A stretch of 36,708 bases of DNA, taken from the NCBI GenBank assembly GCA_044352715.1, contig JBILDG010000002.1:1-36708 (forward strand), in the 5' to 3' direction. The first letter of the stretch is position 1. The number at the start of each line of letters is the position of its first letter. The notes below the pieces were generated by a model, which saw nothing but the letters and a program-made list of their open reading frames with translations, did not search any database and had not been told where the DNA came from. Position numbers and translations under genes: made by a program. Below are positions 35,016 to 36,708 of this stretch, piece by piece. The DNA is from Chthoniobacterales bacterium. GTDB lineage: Bacteria > Verrucomicrobiota > Verrucomicrobiia > Chthoniobacterales > JACTMZ01.

Positions 35016-36708
35016 ATGACCGCTGCCGCGCCCTGCCAAGCCGACCAACTTCCGCCGGAACTTCTGGTCCGGATCGACGAGACCATCACGCATTACCCCG
35101 TATCGAAACGCAGTGCGTCCGTGCCGCTCCTGCATCTCTGGCAAAACCATTTCGGTTACATCGACGAAAGTGGTGTCGATTGGATTGCCCACAAGCTCGA
35201 CCTCGAGCCGATCAATATCCTCGAACTGGTCACCTTTTACCCTTGGTTCCGCCAGACAGCGCCCGGCAAAAAAACCATCCGCGTCTGCCGCACACTTTCC
35301 TGCGCCATGGCCGGATCGAACGATCTGCGCAAAGAGCTTTGTGAAGCGGCCGGCATCGAACCTGCCGACGATCACGGACACGGAGTCACGAGCGCCGACG
35401 GGCGATACACCATCGAGTTTGTCGAATGTCTGGCCAGCTGCGGCTCGGCCCCCGTCGCTTTGGTCGGCGACGATTTGCACGAACGCATCACCAAGGCCGA
35501 TATCCCCGCATTGCTCGCTTCCGATGACAAGGGTTACCGCAAAACCTTCCGTGCTCCACATTCGCGCGAGCGCCGCATGATTTTGAAAAATGCCGGGCGC
35601 GAAGATTACGACGCTTCGCTCGAGTGCTACGTGCGCCACGACGGTTACGAATCCCTGAAAAAAGCGCTCAAGATGAAGCCCGAGGACATTGTGTCCGAGG
35701 TCAAGGCATCGAATCTCCGCGGCCGTGGCGGGGCCGGCTTCCCGACAGGCATGAAGTGGAGCTTCATCAAGCGCGAGGACGGCAAGCCGCATTACCTCGT
35801 GGTCAACGGCGACGAATCCGAACCCGGCACTTTCAAAGACCGCTACATCCTTCACGAGGACCCGCACCAGTTGCTGGAGGGAATGATGATCGCTGCTTGG
35901 GCGCTCAAAATTCACCTCAGTTACGTCTATATCCGCTGCGAATTTCCCGAGGCCGCCCGCATCGTGGAGAAAGCCATCGCCGAAGCACGGGCCGCCGGCT
36001 TCATCGGCCAAAATGTCCTCGGCACCGGTTTCGATTGCGACATCTACGTGCACCAAGGCGCCGGCGCCTACATCTGCGGCGAGGAAACCAGCCTGCTCGA
36101 ATCGCTCGAGGGCAAGCGTCCCTATCCCCGCATCAAGCCGCCGTTTTTCCCCGCGGTCTTCGGCCTCTACAACTGCCCGACGATCGTCAACAACGTCGAG
36201 ACTCTGTGCCAAGTGAAACACATCATCGCCATGGGCGGTGCGGAGTTCGCCCAGCTCGGCTCGCCGGGCGACGGCGGCACGCGCACACTCTGCGTGAGCG
36301 GTGACGTGAAGAATCCCGGCTTCTACGAACTCGGTTGCGGACAAGTCACCGTGGGCCAACTGATCAACGACGTGTGCGGTGGCCTCAAGCCGGGACGCAA
36401 ACTCAAAGCGATCATCCCGGGCGGCAGCTCGGCCAAAGTCCTCCGTGCCGGCGAAAAATTCAAAATGAAGCGCAAAGGCCCCGACGGCGCCGAAACAACG
36501 GTTGAGGTCGATCTCATGGACCTCGTGATGGATGCCAACTCGCTGGCCTCCGCCGGTTCGATGATCGGCAGCGCCGGCGTGATGATCCTCGACGACTCGC
36601 GCGACATGCTCTGGGTGCTCAACAACCTCAACGACTTCTACGCCCATGAAAGCTGCGGCCAATGCACGCCGTGCCGCGAGGGAAGTTTGTGGATGTCAAA
36701 AATGACCA
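35016..36708 (+). CDS. Fused NuoE-like (2Fe-2S) / NuoF-like (FMN, NADH, 4Fe-4S) flavoprotein; 3' end outside the window
   Basis: Not in the ORF track because it has no stop in the window. My translation from ATG 35016 is open to nt 36708. The NuoE part shows HYPVSKRSASVPLLHLWQ, C-x4-C (CRTLSC) and C-x3-C (CLASC). A linker follows (SDDKGYRKTFRAPHSRERR). The NuoF part from about 35577 shows LRGRGGAGFPTGMKWSF, VVNGDESEPGTFKDR, GAGAYICGEETSLLESLEG, NNVETL and ESCGQCTPCREG. The absence of any frame-0 ORF in the track across 35016-36708 agrees with an uninterrupted frame. Confidence 0.85.
   Translation, partial: MTAAAPCQADQLPPELLVRIDETITHYPVSKRSASVPLLHLWQNHFGYIDESGVDWIAHKLDLEPINILELVTFYPWFRQTAPGKKTIRVCRTLSCAMAGSNDLRKELCEAAGIEPADDHGHGVTSADGRYTIEFVECLASCGSAPVALVGDDLHERITKADIPALLASDDKGYRKTFRAPHSRERRMILKNAGREDYDASLECYVRHDGYESLKKALKMKPEDIVSEVKASNLRGRGGAGFPTGMKWSFIKREDGKPHYLVVNGDESEPGTFKDRYILHEDPHQLLEGMMIAAWALKIHLSYVYIRCEFPEAARIVEKAIAEARAAGFIGQNVLGTGFDCDIYVHQGAGAYICGEETSLLESLEGKRPYPRIKPPFFPAVFGLYNCPTIVNNVETLCQVKHIIAMGGAEFAQLGSPGDGGTRTLCVSGDVKNPGFYELGCGQVTVGQLINDVCGGLKPGRKLKAIIPGGSSAKVLRAGEKFKMKRKGPDGAETTVEVDLMDLVMDANSLASAGSMIGSAGVMILDDSRDMLWVLNNLNDFYAHESCGQCTPCREGSLWMSKMT

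Noticed and set aside
34914-36662. 582-aa ORF on the minus strand, the longest ORF in this part of the track
   Set aside because: It is exactly antisense to the NuoE-NuoF reading frame, which carries many canonical motifs. The translation is a low-complexity A/G/D/V/F-rich sequence typical of shadow ORFs opposite conserved high-GC genes.

Overview
High-GC bacterial chromosomal window. Hand counts of 100-nt samples gave 56 and 63 G+C in housekeeping genes. It is densely packed with about 40 protein genes and one tRNA-Pro(UGG). I found no rRNA, CRISPR array, transposase or integrase. The gene content and a pilin-like protein with an FTLIELLVV N-terminus suggest a PVC/Verrucomicrobia-type organism, which is inference only. 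Most of the window is core metabolism in tight, often 4-bp-overlapping operons: copA (5' partial), a HAD hydrolase, a pabB-like gene, a DAACS symporter, pit plus an OprB-type porin, hemX-like/hemA/hemC/cobA-hemD, pfk, a PBP5-type carboxypeptidase, ribBA-ribH-nusB-ftsY, hisB-hisH-hisA, tyrA-aroA-cmk-plsC and glgB. Seven things look most worth a second look. (1) An in-frame NuoE-NuoF fusion ORF (35016 to the window end) is absent from the supplied ORF track because it has no stop in the window, and it is not preceded by nuoA-D. (2) A same-strand block holds a YqjD/ElaB-YqjE-YqjK-like membrane stress triad packed directly against two tandem PilT-family ATPases, followed by glgB and an A/T-rich pilin-like gene. 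(3) A Pho-box-like TGTCAC direct repeat at 11-bp spacing lies upstream of a pit-porin pair. (4) A membrane-anchored protein carries eight [VI]P[VI] repeat motifs. (5) A C39-like peptidase gene overlaps a rhodanese gene by 127 bp in convergent orientation. (6) A secreted coiled-coil protein is translationally coupled to hisB. (7) HemA is short and sits next to a CobA-HemD fusion. Many long ORFs in the track are antisense or alternative-frame artefacts typical of high-GC DNA and were rejected. I cannot show that any of these is a novel system. The candidates are ranked by interest below.
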